NCBI GenBank assembly: GCA_958296135.2
Contig: CATQHZ020000001.1
Location: forward strand, 448,001 to 512,000
DNA length: 64,000 nucleotides
Reading direction: 5' to 3'
Source of the DNA: an uncultured Poribacteria bacterium
GTDB taxonomy: Bacteria > Poribacteria > WGA-4E > WGA-3G
A program made the position numbers and the translations under genes. Of this stretch, positions 38,346 to 48,249 are shown in pieces. The notes under the pieces were generated by a model. The model made no database searches. It had not been told where the DNA came from and saw nothing but the letters and a program-made list of their open reading frames with translations. Each line of letters begins with the position of its first letter. The stretch's first letter is position 1.

Positions 38346-40049
38346 TTACGGAATCGCCAACTTCTCTTTGCAATATCGCGCCAGAACCTTCATCTCCGCA
38401 AGCACCTGTTGCTCCGTGTTAATCAGCTGCCGGAAGTGCGGGGGCACCGGTGGCTCCTCCGTGGCACGCAACCGATTCATCAATCGCGCGAAGAAACCGG
38501 TTTGTTGCTGAACTTCCGGAATGCCGGGAGGGCCAGCACCGGCGCGCGCCGGCACTACTCCCAAGTAGTCAATGGAGAGATAGTGGGCGCGTCCCTCCTG
38601 AGTCATAACCCCCTCGTGGATACTGCCGGTGTCGCGACGGCCGTAACTGACGGTGTAGCATCTGCCACTGTTCCGGTTGAGGATAGTATAGCCGCCCTCG
38701 TCAATGGTATCATTCCAACACTTCTCGAACCCGTTTTGAGGGAGGCGTTCGCGGAGTTCTGCGGCAGACCGGACGACGAATTTGTTTTGATGCGGTGTTC
38801 TGATAATAAGAAACGCCTCATCCTCCACCTGCGTGGGCGGCAATCCTGTGAACAGATGGACATTTTCAAGCATCCAAACGCTGCCGTTTTGAACACCTTT
38901 CGCCAGGTTTTGGTGCTTCTCAACGAAGTCGCCGTTGAGGGGATGCAGGCGGTATACGTTGCCGGTGCCGTTGAAGATTTCACGCAATTTTCGGCGATGC
39001 TCTATCACGGCGAACCGCTTCTCCGGGAGCGGTACTTGGAGGCGGAGCTGATACCCTGTGGGCAAGTCGGTGGTAAGGTTGAGCTGCGATTCGCGGAGGC
39101 GCGCCAAGATGTTCAGTGCAGTCTGGCTTTTGGATAACACGCGCCCAATTAGGTACTTGCTGCGGAGCGTCCGAATCTCCTTCGCGAGGCGTTGCAGTGT
39201 GGGCGCGTCGAGGCCTTCCAGCATAATCTTGTGTTCCCATCGGGTGCCGCGTTCGTGCGCGAGGATTTGGAACTGCTGCGTATCTCCCGTGGTGCGGATG
39301 TACCCTAAGGCTGTCCACGGATCGAACGTGGCCCGGTATCCGCCGCTCATTTCTGGGGTTGCAATTGCCAAGACACAGTCGCGCCTTTCGTAGCGCGAGT
39401 AGAGCCCGAATTGAAACTCAAACGCTTCAAAGGGTGCTAATGCCTCGCGTAAATCGCGTGCAAACTCGGTGCCTCGCGCGAAGCTTTTGAAAATCCGTTC
39501 CGTGCTTTGCGGTTGGTTGAGCGCGTCGAGGAACTTGCCGATGGGAATCCCGCTCTCTTCCTCGCCTTCGCCTTCGCCTTTTCCGAAGACTTTGGTTTTC
39601 GTTTTGAAAGGCGGGTTCCGTAGTGACACGTCACGCTGGGAGACGAGTTGCAACGCCGCATCGTCTGCCATGTCGGTGAGCGTTGGTGCATCGCCGAGGA
39701 CCTCCGCCAATTGGGTATCGTCCAGTTTTTCTGTCAGTTCGATGCCGCGCTTCAGCTCCGCGAAATGGATGATGTCGTCAATGCTGTACAGCATCGGCGC
39801 GCTTGACGAGAGGTTATCGTAGTTGGAGCGGTGGAATCGGATACGCGGCTTGATGCGGAAAACCGGCGTGAGCCCATAATCTTTGAGCAACACATACAAC
39901 GTGACGGTGTAGGACTCCTCGTGAACTTTCTGTGCCAAGATGCCATCGCGTTGTGCGGCATCTCCGACGATTAACTGCTCTTGGACGAGCCGGCTATCGT
40001 TGCCGAAAATCATCATCCGGTGTTCTTCTCGGTTATCATCTACTAACAT
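38346..40049 (-). CDS. Putative VTC/CYTH (triphosphate tunnel metalloenzyme) domain protein
   Basis: Ordered motifs REEHR, TVTLY, KPRIRF, FAELKR, YERR, RATFD, WEHK and LSKS match the VTC-domain pattern by eye. Confidence 0.55.
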   Translation of the reverse strand: MLVDDNREEHRMMIFGNDSRLVQEQLIVGDAAQRDGILAQKVHEESYTVTLYVLLKDYGLTPVFRIKPRIRFHRSNYDNLSSSAPMLYSIDDIIHFAELKRGIELTEKLDDTQLAEVLGDAPTLTDMADDAALQLVSQRDVSLRNPPFKTKTKVFGKGEGEGEEESGIPIGKFLDALNQPQSTERIFKSFARGTEFARDLREALAPFEAFEFQFGLYSRYERRDCVLAIATPEMSGGYRATFDPWTALGYIRTTGDTQQFQILAHERGTRWEHKIMLEGLDAPTLQRLAKEIRTLRSKYLIGRVLSKSQTALNILARLRESQLNLTTDLPTGYQLRLQVPLPEKRFAVIEHRRKLREIFNGTGNVYRLHPLNGDFVEKHQNLAKGVQNGSVWMLENVHLFTGLPPTQVEDEAFLIIRTPHQNKFVVRSAAELRERLPQNGFEKCWNDTIDEGGYTILNRNSGRCYTVSYGRRDTGSIHEGVMTQEGRAHYLSIDYLGVVPARAGAGPPGIPEVQQQTGFFARLMNRLRATEEPPVPPHFRQLINTEQQVLAEMKVLARYCKEKLAIP

Positions 40050-40314
40050 TGTTGTTGTTCCTAGCGGTGGTTTGGCCGCGTCTGGGCTGATGACGTTGCC
40101 TGAGCCGGCCGCATCGCCGATGACGATGCTTGCCTAGCGAGGAACAGCCCTTGCCCTAAGTCGTACCGGGTGATAGCGAGGGACCTGCCCTCGCACTACG
40201 GGTTAAATTCAACGCAAAACGGGTAGCGTCGCGCACATCCATTGTTCGCGATAAGCGCGCTTTGCAAGCGCGCTTGAACAGATACCGCGCCTACCGGGAG
40301 CAACCGTCGCGCAC

Positions 40315-41292
40315 TTAGGTGGCAGCAGCAAGCCGCTGGCGTGCCAAAGCGGCTGCGCCGAGAATCCCTGCATCATCCCCAAGTTGTGCCTTGACAATCT
40401 CGACACCGCTTAAGGTATTCGGAAGCGCGTAAGCCGCTACAACGCCCCGGATGTTGTCTAAGAACGTGTCGTCAAGTGCCTCAACGACACCGCCGCCCAG
40501 CACAATCATCTCCGGATTTAAGAAGTTGACAATAGAGGCGATGCCAACGCCGAGGTATTTCGTCGCTTTCTTGAAGACCTGGGTGGTTAATTTATCGTTG
40601 CTGCGGAGTGCCTTTGCTAAGGCACCGCTCCGAATTAATTTCAAATCGCCGCCGGTGAGTTCGGGGAGAATGCTCTTTTTCCCCTTCTTCACGATGGCCT
40701 TCTGCAATTGCTTGGTGATGGCCGTGCGGCTTGCCAGGGCTTCTAAGCAGCCGCGCGTGCCGCAGCCGCACCGCGGGCCGCCGGCTTTGACGATGATATG
40801 TCCAATTTCGCCTGCGGTTTTGCTGGCACCGTGGAAAAGTTCACCGTCCATAATAATGCCGCCGCCAATGCCGGTGCCGACAAAAATTCCGACGAGGGTT
40901 GACACGCCTTTACCTACGCCGAATGCGTGTTCGCCGAGTGTCCCGACGTTCACGTCGTTGTCAACGAAGGTAGGGATACCGACGCGGTTTTCAAGTTCCG
41001 TTTTGAGGGGTACGTCTGTCCAACCGAGGTTCGGCGCGAAAATCACAACGCCGGTTCCCGGGTCGAGCGGACCGGGCGCGCCAATCCCGACTGCCTGAAG
41101 GGACGCGTTGTCGACGCGGGATTTGTCAATTGCCTTTTGGATGCAGTGCGCAATCCTGTCAATCACGACAGCCGCGCCCTTGTCCGCTTTGGTTGGGATT
41201 TTGGCGGAGCCTAAAATTGTGCCTTCCGCATTCACAACGGCGGCGAGAATCTTCGTGCCGCCCATGTCTACGCCAATGACGTTACTGTTCAT
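40315..41292 (-). CDS. ROK family sugar kinase (glucokinase-like)
   Basis: GVDMGGT, NDVN, GTGIGGG, GEIGH and CGCG..GCLE motifs. Confidence 0.92.
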   Translation of the reverse strand: MNSNVIGVDMGGTKILAAVVNAEGTILGSAKIPTKADKGAAVVIDRIAHCIQKAIDKSRVDNASLQAVGIGAPGPLDPGTGVVIFAPNLGWTDVPLKTELENRVGIPTFVDNDVNVGTLGEHAFGVGKGVSTLVGIFVGTGIGGGIIMDGELFHGASKTAGEIGHIIVKAGGPRCGCGTRGCLEALASRTAITKQLQKAIVKKGKKSILPELTGGDLKLIRSGALAKALRSNDKLTTQVFKKATKYLGVGIASIVNFLNPEMIVLGGGVVEALDDTFLDNIRGVVAAYALPNTLSGVEIVKAQLGDDAGILGAAALARQRLAAAT

Positions 41293-41295
41293 TTG

Positions 41296-42135
41296 CTATT
41301 CCTCCTTCATGGATGCCTGGCGAGGGACAGTGGACATCTCTGATGCCTGCCATTTCTCTAAAAACGTTTTGTAGTCCGCCTCGCGAGTCTCGCGAGTCCG
41401 GACGCTGAGCGTCGCAATACTAGCCTGTTGATAATTTGTCAACACTTCAAACACGACATCGCAATCGTGGATAGAGCCGAGCATCCGTTGCCACTCAACG
41501 ATTTCGATTAACGATGCCGCGTTTGGCGTGAAAGCCTCCATAGAATACCGGAGCCGTCGTATCGCAATGCGCATTTCGTGGAGCTCTTCGCGTCGCGCCG
41601 GGTCGCGAATAAAACGCGCCCATTCGTAAACGTCTTCAACCTTTTGTCGGATAATGTTTCGGATGTGCGCGCCGCGAAATTGCACCTCAAACGCCGGTGT
41701 ATCAAAAAACGTCAAAAACTTCGTCTCAAAATCGGATGCATCCAGTTTATCAAACAAGGCCAGCATCGGCTGCCGCGCCACTTCCCGTTGCTGTTTAAGG
41801 TGTGCAATCAACGCTTGCACATCCGCCTTCTCTGCTTCTCGCAGCGTGGCTTTTTCTTTGTAAAACCGCGCGATGAGGACATCCAAATCTCGCACGCCCC
41901 CCATCGTTCGGGTTATTTTCCTTATTTTTTTGTAACGTTTTTTGAATTTCTTTCCCACATAATCCGGAAAAGCGGTGGCAAAATCGTCTAGCGCGGTGCG
42001 CAATCGGCGCGATGCGACGCGCATGTCGTGGACAAATTTAATATCGGTGCCGTGCTTTGCGCCTTCTTTGTGGGCCATCATCTCACGGAAATACCCCGCG
42101 ATAATGTGCCGGGCGCATCGTGCTGAGTTCTTCAT
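41296..42135 (-). CDS. CHAD domain protein
   Basis: VHDMRVASRRLR, G.VRDLDV, LHEMRIAIRRLRY and LGSIHDCDV motifs. Confidence 0.9.
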   Translation of the reverse strand: MKNSARCARHIIAGYFREMMAHKEGAKHGTDIKFVHDMRVASRRLRTALDDFATAFPDYVGKKFKKRYKKIRKITRTMGGVRDLDVLIARFYKEKATLREAEKADVQALIAHLKQQREVARQPMLALFDKLDASDFETKFLTFFDTPAFEVQFRGAHIRNIIRQKVEDVYEWARFIRDPARREELHEMRIAIRRLRYSMEAFTPNAASLIEIVEWQRMLGSIHDCDVVFEVLTNYQQASIATLSVRTRETREADYKTFLEKWQASEMSTVPRQASMKEE

Positions 42136-42287
42136 GTGACGTATGCCTTTTTGTGTTTTGTTGTTCGCCACGCTGTGGGTTCATCCCGTATTGCGCGGGC
42201 CTGTCCCGCGCAATATTTCCCACGCGTGGTATCGGGCGAGGGCAGGTTTTCCCGCGCCCTGCGGGCTTAGTAAAAACCTTTGCATGT

Positions 42288-43667
42288 CTAAAAAAGCAAC
42301 AACTGCGCCAGCCAAAAATAGGTGAAAATGCCGAGCACATCAATGGCTGTTGTCACAAAAGGCCCCGTTGCAACGGCTGGATCTACGCGGATGCGTTTGA
42401 AAAACATGGGGACGAGCGTTCCTACCGTCGCCGCTATCATCATGTTCACGAAGATGGCCAGGGTGACAACTAGGGGCAGTTTCCATGCGTGCTCCTGCAA
42501 ATTCGGAAAGAGACTCGCGATACCGCCGAGCAGTAGCCCATACGTTGTGCCGAGCAGTGCGCCGGTGCTGCATTCGCGCCACAGCACCTTCCACGTATCC
42601 TTGATGTCCACCTCGCCGATGGCGATACTGCGCACGATAATGGTGGAGGACTGCGTTCCAATGTTGCCGCCCATCCCCATGATGATGGGGATAAACGCGG
42701 CGAGTGCGGCGATAGCCTCCAGTTGCGCCTCAAAAATGCGGATGACATAGAGTGCCAGCAACCCGCCGCCGAAGCTGGCGAGCAGCCACGGTAGGCGTGC
42801 CCGCGTATTCTTGAGGATGGAACGGGACGTGATGTCCAGTGCACCTGTGCCGGCCATATTCAGCATATCTTCTGTGTTTTTCTCCCGAATGACATCGACG
42901 ACATCGTCAATCGTCACAATGCCGACGAGTTCGCCGATGCTGTTAATCACCGGTATGGCGAGGAGGTTGTATCGCGCGACGGCGCGCGCCACCTCTTCCT
43001 GCGGCATGTCGGTGTGCACCGAATAGATGTGCGAGGACATTAAATGTTTGAGCGGTGTCCCCGGCTTCGTCGCCACGAGTTGCCGGAGGGACAAAACCCC
43101 TTTCAGTTTATTTTCTGCGTCTACGACATAGACGTAGAAAACCATCTCTACGTCAGCGAGTTGGCGGATGCGTTCGGTTGCCTCGGTAGCGGTTGTCTCC
43201 TCCGATAGTGCGAGGAAATTCGGAATCATGATGGCCCCCGCGGTCTTCTCCTCGTATTCCAAGAGGTGTCCGACATCCGCGGAGGTTTCGCCCTCGATGA
43301 GATTCAGCAATTCTACCCGCTTTTCTTCCGGTAGATAGGAGAGAATGCGGGTGACATCGTCTGCGGGCATCGTGTGCAGGATACTGGCGATTGCGCCCGA
43401 TTCGGTTTGTTCAATGAATTCACCGATGTCCGTGCTGTTCAGGTCGCGCAGTACTTCGCCCATTCGTTCTTCCTGCATCAGGAGTGTGAAGAGGCTGCGC
43501 TTCTCCTCGTCGCGCAAGCGCGGAAACCACCGCGCGATGTCAGCAGAATGCGTTTTGGCGATAATATTCCGCAGATTCGGCAAGGCGTTCCGTTTGATTA
43601 ACCGAACGACAGTGGAGATAAGCAACTCGTCGGTGTCATGCGTCGTAATGATTGTTTGGCCTTGCAT
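42288..43667 (-). CDS. mgtE: Magnesium transporter MgtE
   Basis: MgtE N domain, CBS pair, RLPWL, GGNIGTQ and DPAVATGPFVTT..D motifs. Confidence 0.95.
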   Translation of the reverse strand: MQGQTIITTHDTDELLISTVVRLIKRNALPNLRNIIAKTHSADIARWFPRLRDEEKRSLFTLLMQEERMGEVLRDLNSTDIGEFIEQTESGAIASILHTMPADDVTRILSYLPEEKRVELLNLIEGETSADVGHLLEYEEKTAGAIMIPNFLALSEETTATEATERIRQLADVEMVFYVYVVDAENKLKGVLSLRQLVATKPGTPLKHLMSSHIYSVHTDMPQEEVARAVARYNLLAIPVINSIGELVGIVTIDDVVDVIREKNTEDMLNMAGTGALDITSRSILKNTRARLPWLLASFGGGLLALYVIRIFEAQLEAIAALAAFIPIIMGMGGNIGTQSSTIIVRSIAIGEVDIKDTWKVLWRECSTGALLGTTYGLLLGGIASLFPNLQEHAWKLPLVVTLAIFVNMMIAATVGTLVPMFFKRIRVDPAVATGPFVTTAIDVLGIFTYFWLAQLLLF

Positions 43668-43734
43668 ATCTGTTCCCATCGTGCAAAGCGAGGGGAACCC
43701 TCGGCGATTCGCGCTCGCCGGGTTTTCCCTCGCC

Positions 43735-44823
43735 CTACGGTGAAGGGGCGGCATTTTTGGCACGCTGCCGAAGGAGCTGGTCTGTGAGAACAATCGCTGT
43801 CATCGCTTCCACAATCGCCGGGGCGCGCACTAATACGCACGGATCGTGCCGTCCACTCGCCGCTAATTCTACCGCGTTACCGTGAATATCTACCGTCTCC
43901 TGCGCTTTGCCGATGGTGGCAGTCGGTTTAAACGCCACCTGAAAGACAATGTTTTCGCCGTTTGAAATGCCGCCTTGCGTGCCGCCAGAATTGTTCGTGC
44001 GGGTGCGGATGCGGCCCTCCTCGTTGTAAAATGCGTCGTTATGTTCTGAACCTGTCAGCGTGGTGCCGCCGAACCCTGAGCCGATTTGAAATCCCATCGT
44101 CGCGGGTAGTGACATCATCGCCTTGGCCAGTTCTGCCTTAAGTTTATCAAAAATCGGTTCGCCGAGTCCGACAGGTACATTACGCGCCACGGCTTCAATC
44201 ACGCCGCCGAGAGAATCCCGGTCGCGCCGTGCTGCGTCAATGCGTTCCGCCATCTGCGGACTTACGTCCGGATTTGGGCATCGCACTGGGCTTGCCTCTA
44301 TCTGCGCGAGCGTTACCGTGTTGGTGTCCACCTCCGCTGTCAAAGTATGAATTTGCTTGACGTAAGCGAGGATTTCGGTATCTTCCTGTTCGCGCAAGAT
44401 TTGCTTTGCGATTGCGCCTGCGGCGACGCGGCCGATAGTCTCTCTTGCGCTTGCTCTGCCGCCGCCCTGCCAATTCCGAATGCCATATTTTTGCTGGTAT
44501 GTAAAATCTGCATGCGATGGCCGGTAGACATCCTTCAGGTGTTTGTAATCTGAAGGGCGCGCGTTTTTGTTCCATACCAGCATCGAGATAGGCGTGCCGA
44601 GCGTTTTGCCTTCAAATACGCCTGAAAGCATCTCCACGACATCGCCTTCTTGGCGCGGTGTGGTGAGGTGGCTTTGGCCCGGCTTGCGCCGGTCGAGTTC
44701 AAATTGTATTGCGGATATGTCAAGAGCCAGTTGCGGTGGGCATCCGTCAACGACAACGCCGACGGCTCCGCCGTGCGATTCGCCCCATGTCGTTATCCGA
44801 AAAAGGTGCCCGAATGTGTTCAT
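43735..44823 (-). CDS. aroC: Chorismate synthase
   Basis: [26 protein letters not shown] and RHDPC motifs. Confidence 0.97.
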   Translation of the reverse strand: MNTFGHLFRITTWGESHGGAVGVVVDGCPPQLALDISAIQFELDRRKPGQSHLTTPRQEGDVVEMLSGVFEGKTLGTPISMLVWNKNARPSDYKHLKDVYRPSHADFTYQQKYGIRNWQGGGRASARETIGRVAAGAIAKQILREQEDTEILAYVKQIHTLTAEVDTNTVTLAQIEASPVRCPNPDVSPQMAERIDAARRDRDSLGGVIEAVARNVPVGLGEPIFDKLKAELAKAMMSLPATMGFQIGSGFGGTTLTGSEHNDAFYNEEGRIRTRTNNSGGTQGGISNGENIVFQVAFKPTATIGKAQETVDIHGNAVELAASGRHDPCVLVRAPAIVEAMTAIVLTDQLLRQRAKNAAPSP

Positions 44824-44941
44824 GTTGTGTGCTTCTGTTTTTTAGGTTGTTGAATTTTTGCATCCTATGGTATTATATGATACTATAACAGATTTTGCAG
44901 TTAATGTGCAAGCAAAAACGCACAGGTAAACGAAGAAAAAC

Positions 44942-45610
44942 ATGCAACTTTTTAAACGCTACATCGCCTTACTGCTCATTTTCATCGCCATCGGGCTGTT
45001 GTGGAATACCGTGTTCGTCTATCCACTCAAAATCTTCGTTGTGTTTATGCACGAAGTCAGCCACGGGCTCGCGGCGGTTGTCACCGGTGGCCGCATCGTT
45101 GAGCTCCAGATTAACCCGCAGCAAGGTGGGCTCGCGCTCACCGCGGGCGGTTCCCGGTTTTGGACGCTCACCGCCGGCTACCTCGGCAGTCTGATGTGGG
45201 GCGGGCTTATCCTGCTTGCGGCGGCACGCACGCAATGGGATAAGGCAATTAGCGTCCTCATCGGCATCGGCATGCTAATCATCGGCATCGGCTTTGGAAG
45301 GGAACTGTTCACGCTTCTCTTCTGCATCGGCTTCGGCGTGGGGTTGAGCGCGATGGGCATGTTTCTGCCGGAGGCTGCCAACGATTGGGTGCTGCGCACG
45401 ATTGGCGTGACGAGCTGCCTCTACGCCATCCTTGACATCAAAAGCGACGTGCTAGACAGGGCACACCTCCGTTCCGACGCGCGTATGCTCGCCGAGATAA
45501 CCTTCCTCTCCACAGAAATGTGGGGGATTATCTGGATTGTCGTCGCTGTCGTGCTCACTTTCTGGTTTCTCTACCTCGCCGGTAAATCCACCAAAGAAAC
45601 GCGCCCTTAA
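44942..45610 (+). CDS. M50B-like membrane metallopeptidase
   Basis: HEVSHG (HExxH), AGYLG and SDA motifs; multiple TM helices. Confidence 0.85.
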   Translation: MQLFKRYIALLLIFIAIGLLWNTVFVYPLKIFVVFMHEVSHGLAAVVTGGRIVELQINPQQGGLALTAGGSRFWTLTAGYLGSLMWGGLILLAAARTQWDKAISVLIGIGMLIIGIGFGRELFTLLFCIGFGVGLSAMGMFLPEAANDWVLRTIGVTSCLYAILDIKSDVLDRAHLRSDARMLAEITFLSTEMWGIIWIVVAVVLTFWFLYLAGKSTKETRP

Positions 45611-45825
45611 TTTCCCTGCGGGAACGATGGCAAGTTCACGTCGCTAACGAAGAGGAACAACGAACCGATGCCTAACAGAAAAAGCGGCACGCAGATGAGC
45701 AGGATGAGGATGAAGCATCCCCATACCCACGAACCTTTGGATTTCGCGACTGTCGCTAAACGCGTAGGGAACATGCCACCGGCTATCATGATTAAAACTA
45801 TCAGGCCGAATACGGCGATTAACAT
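45607..45825 (-). CDS. Small hypothetical membrane protein
   Basis: Two hydrophobic segments; AAAGGA RBS before the ATG at 45825. Confidence 0.5.
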   Translation of the reverse strand: MLIAVFGLIVLIMIAGGMFPTRLATVAKSKGSWVWGCFILILLICVPLFLLGIGSLFLFVSDVNLPSFPQGN

Positions 45826-45851
45826 ATTTCTTTCCTTTGTTCGGAATCTAA

Positions 45852-46201
45852 CGTAGCGCGGGGGGCTGTCCCCCACGAGCGGGGCATGGCGCGGCACAGG
45901 ACCGCGCCCTACGGTGAAGAAGGATGCTCGATAGACCCGGGATGGCGCGGCACAGGACCGCGCCCTACGGTATCAGACACCCCCCTGGTGCCCGTAGCGC
46001 GGGGGCCGTCACGCCGAAACGTTGTCATCTCTGCAGCCTCGCTGCAGAGATGTCCACTGTCCCCCGAGAGCGATGCATGGCGAGGGATAGGCTTTCAGGG
46101 GCATCGAGACGCGGGAGGGCGCGCCTACCAAGAATCGAGACGCGGGAGGGCGCGCCTACCGGCAAGCGATGCATGGCGAAGAACCGACCCGAGCCCTACG
46201 G
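45852..46201. repeat. BIME-like REP cluster
   Basis: GGCGCGGCACAGGACCGCGCCCTACGG x2, GAGACGCGGGAGGGCGCGCCTACC x2 and an expanded REP. Confidence 0.85.
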
Positions 46202-46242
46202 AAAAGAGTGGCAATTCAAGACGATACGAAATTTGATAAAAT

Positions 46243-48198
46243 ATGTCCCCCACAGCACAGAGCACCGCACAGAGCACCGCACAGAGCACATCACAGAGCA
46301 CATCACAGAGCACCGTCACCTTACGCGCGACGCTCATCGGCATCCTTCTCATCCCCTTTAACAGTTACTGGATTCTGCATCTCAGCTACATCTGGGATTC
46401 CAATCGTCCTACCAGTTTGGCGTTGCTGTTCAATGTGCTTTTTACGTTGCTCGTCCTCATCGCACTCAGCGCGTTGCTGCGCCGCTTCCGGCCGCGGCTG
46501 GCGTTGAGGCAAACCGAACTGCTGACTATCTACGCGATGCTGTGCCAAGCGTCCGTTTTCGCCGGGCGAGATATGCTCCAAGTGCTCATTCCCCTGCTCG
46601 GCAACGGTTTTTGGTATGCCACCCCCGAAAACGAATGGGCCCAACTCTTTCATCAACATCTGCCCGAGTGGCTTGTCGTTGGGAAGCAGGAGGTGCTGCG
46701 CGGTTTCTATGAAGGCGAATCTACGTTCTACCTGCAAACCCATATCCACGCGTGGCTGCTGCCGGTGCTCATCTGGGTGGGTTTCTGCCTTGTCATCGGG
46801 GTGACAATGCTCTGCCTCAACGTGCTGTTACGCAAGCAGTGGCAGGAGCACGAACGCCTCACCTACCCTATCGCGCAACTCCCTTATGAAATCACGCAAG
46901 GGACAAGCGCGTTTCTCAATCGACGGACTATGGCGGTGGGCGTGAGCATCGCCGCCATCCTTAACCTACTCTATAGTTTACACCAAATCGATCCGGTTTT
47001 TCCAACAATTCCGCTCTATCACGGGTTTCGCCTGGCCGAAAAGCCGTGGAGCGCGATGAACAACCCCGGGTTTCGCCTCAGTTTCTTCCCGTTTGCCATC
47101 GGTGTCGGCTTCCTTATTCCGCTGGACTTGGGGTTCTCCTGCTGGTTCTTTCACCTCTTCTGGCACTTTGAACGGATTATCGGCGAGAGTTTCGGCTGGC
47201 GCAGTGCTATCGGTTTTCCGCGCGAAATGGCACAAATCCGCGGCGTGTGGATAGGGCTGTTCCTCTGGACAGCGTGGATGGGCCGCGCGCATCTCCAAGC
47301 GATTTGGCGTGCGGTGTTCGGCACGGGACAACCATCGCACGATGCAGGTGAAGCGTTACGCTATAAAACCGCTGCTATCGGCGTGCTGCTTGGGCTTACC
47401 GTGATTCTGGGATTCTGTGTCAAGGCGGGGATGTCCCTGTGGTTCGCGTGCCTCTTTTTCGTTCTCTATTTCGCGATGTCGGTGACAATTACGCGTATCC
47501 GCGCCGAATTAGGGCCCCCCGCGCACGATCTCTATAACGCTGGGCCAGATCTGTTGTTAACAGACGCACTCGGCACGCGCCGGATTGGCCCGCGGAATCT
47601 CTCAGTTATGTCGCTTTTCTTTTGGTTGAACCACCTCTCTTATCGTGCGCACCCGATGCCGCATCAGTTGGAGGCCCTGAAACTCGCGCACCAAACCCGT
47701 TTTAACCCATCGCACTTGCTGTGGGTATTGGCACTTGCGATTTTCGTGGGCGCGCTATCGGCGGCGTGGGGACATCTGCATCTCTCCTATCAGGTTGGGT
47801 TAGAGCAGGCGCGTTCGTGGTACGCGCGCGCCGCATTCAACCGCCTCGCCGGGTGGCTCTATAACCCGAGTGAGACAAGTCTCAGCGGATTGCTCTACAC
47901 GGCAGGCGGGTTTGTCTTCGCCATGAGTCTCCTGCTGTTGCGCTGGCGATTCATCCAGTGGCCCTTGCATCCCGTCGGCTACGTTGTCTCCAGTTGGTGG
48001 ACGTTTACCGGGCTGTGGTTTCCGCTCCTCATCAGCTGGACGGTGAAGCGCGTCTTGCTTTCTACGGGCGGCGTGCGGTTGTATCGGCGGGCAATCCCAT
48101 TTTTCATCGGGCTCGTCATCGGTGATGTCATCGTGGCATCGGTGATTAGCATCCTCGGTCTCCTCTTCGATTTCCGCGTTGTCTATCTCAGTTGGTAA
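46243..48198 (+). CDS. Polytopic membrane protein, DUF6785/DUF6784-type (second paralog)
   Basis: Same motifs as 11383..13314; N-terminal 12-bp tandem repeat encoding TAQS/TSQS. Confidence 0.75.
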   Translation: MSPTAQSTAQSTAQSTSQSTSQSTVTLRATLIGILLIPFNSYWILHLSYIWDSNRPTSLALLFNVLFTLLVLIALSALLRRFRPRLALRQTELLTIYAMLCQASVFAGRDMLQVLIPLLGNGFWYATPENEWAQLFHQHLPEWLVVGKQEVLRGFYEGESTFYLQTHIHAWLLPVLIWVGFCLVIGVTMLCLNVLLRKQWQEHERLTYPIAQLPYEITQGTSAFLNRRTMAVGVSIAAILNLLYSLHQIDPVFPTIPLYHGFRLAEKPWSAMNNPGFRLSFFPFAIGVGFLIPLDLGFSCWFFHLFWHFERIIGESFGWRSAIGFPREMAQIRGVWIGLFLWTAWMGRAHLQAIWRAVFGTGQPSHDAGEALRYKTAAIGVLLGLTVILGFCVKAGMSLWFACLFFVLYFAMSVTITRIRAELGPPAHDLYNAGPDLLLTDALGTRRIGPRNLSVMSLFFWLNHLSYRAHPMPHQLEALKLAHQTRFNPSHLLWVLALAIFVGALSAAWGHLHLSYQVGLEQARSWYARAAFNRLAGWLYNPSETSLSGLLYTAGGFVFAMSLLLLRWRFIQWPLHPVGYVVSSWWTFTGLWFPLLISWTVKRVLLSTGGVRLYRRAIPFFIGLVIGDVIVASVISILGLLFDFRVVYLSW

Positions 48199-48249
48199 TG
48201 CTTCTGAATTGTCTGAATCAGGATTTATAGGATTTGCAGAGGGAAAGGG

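Noticed and set aside
43668-43793. N-terminal extension of mgtE
   Set aside because: It is translated REP sequence overlapping the end of aroC.
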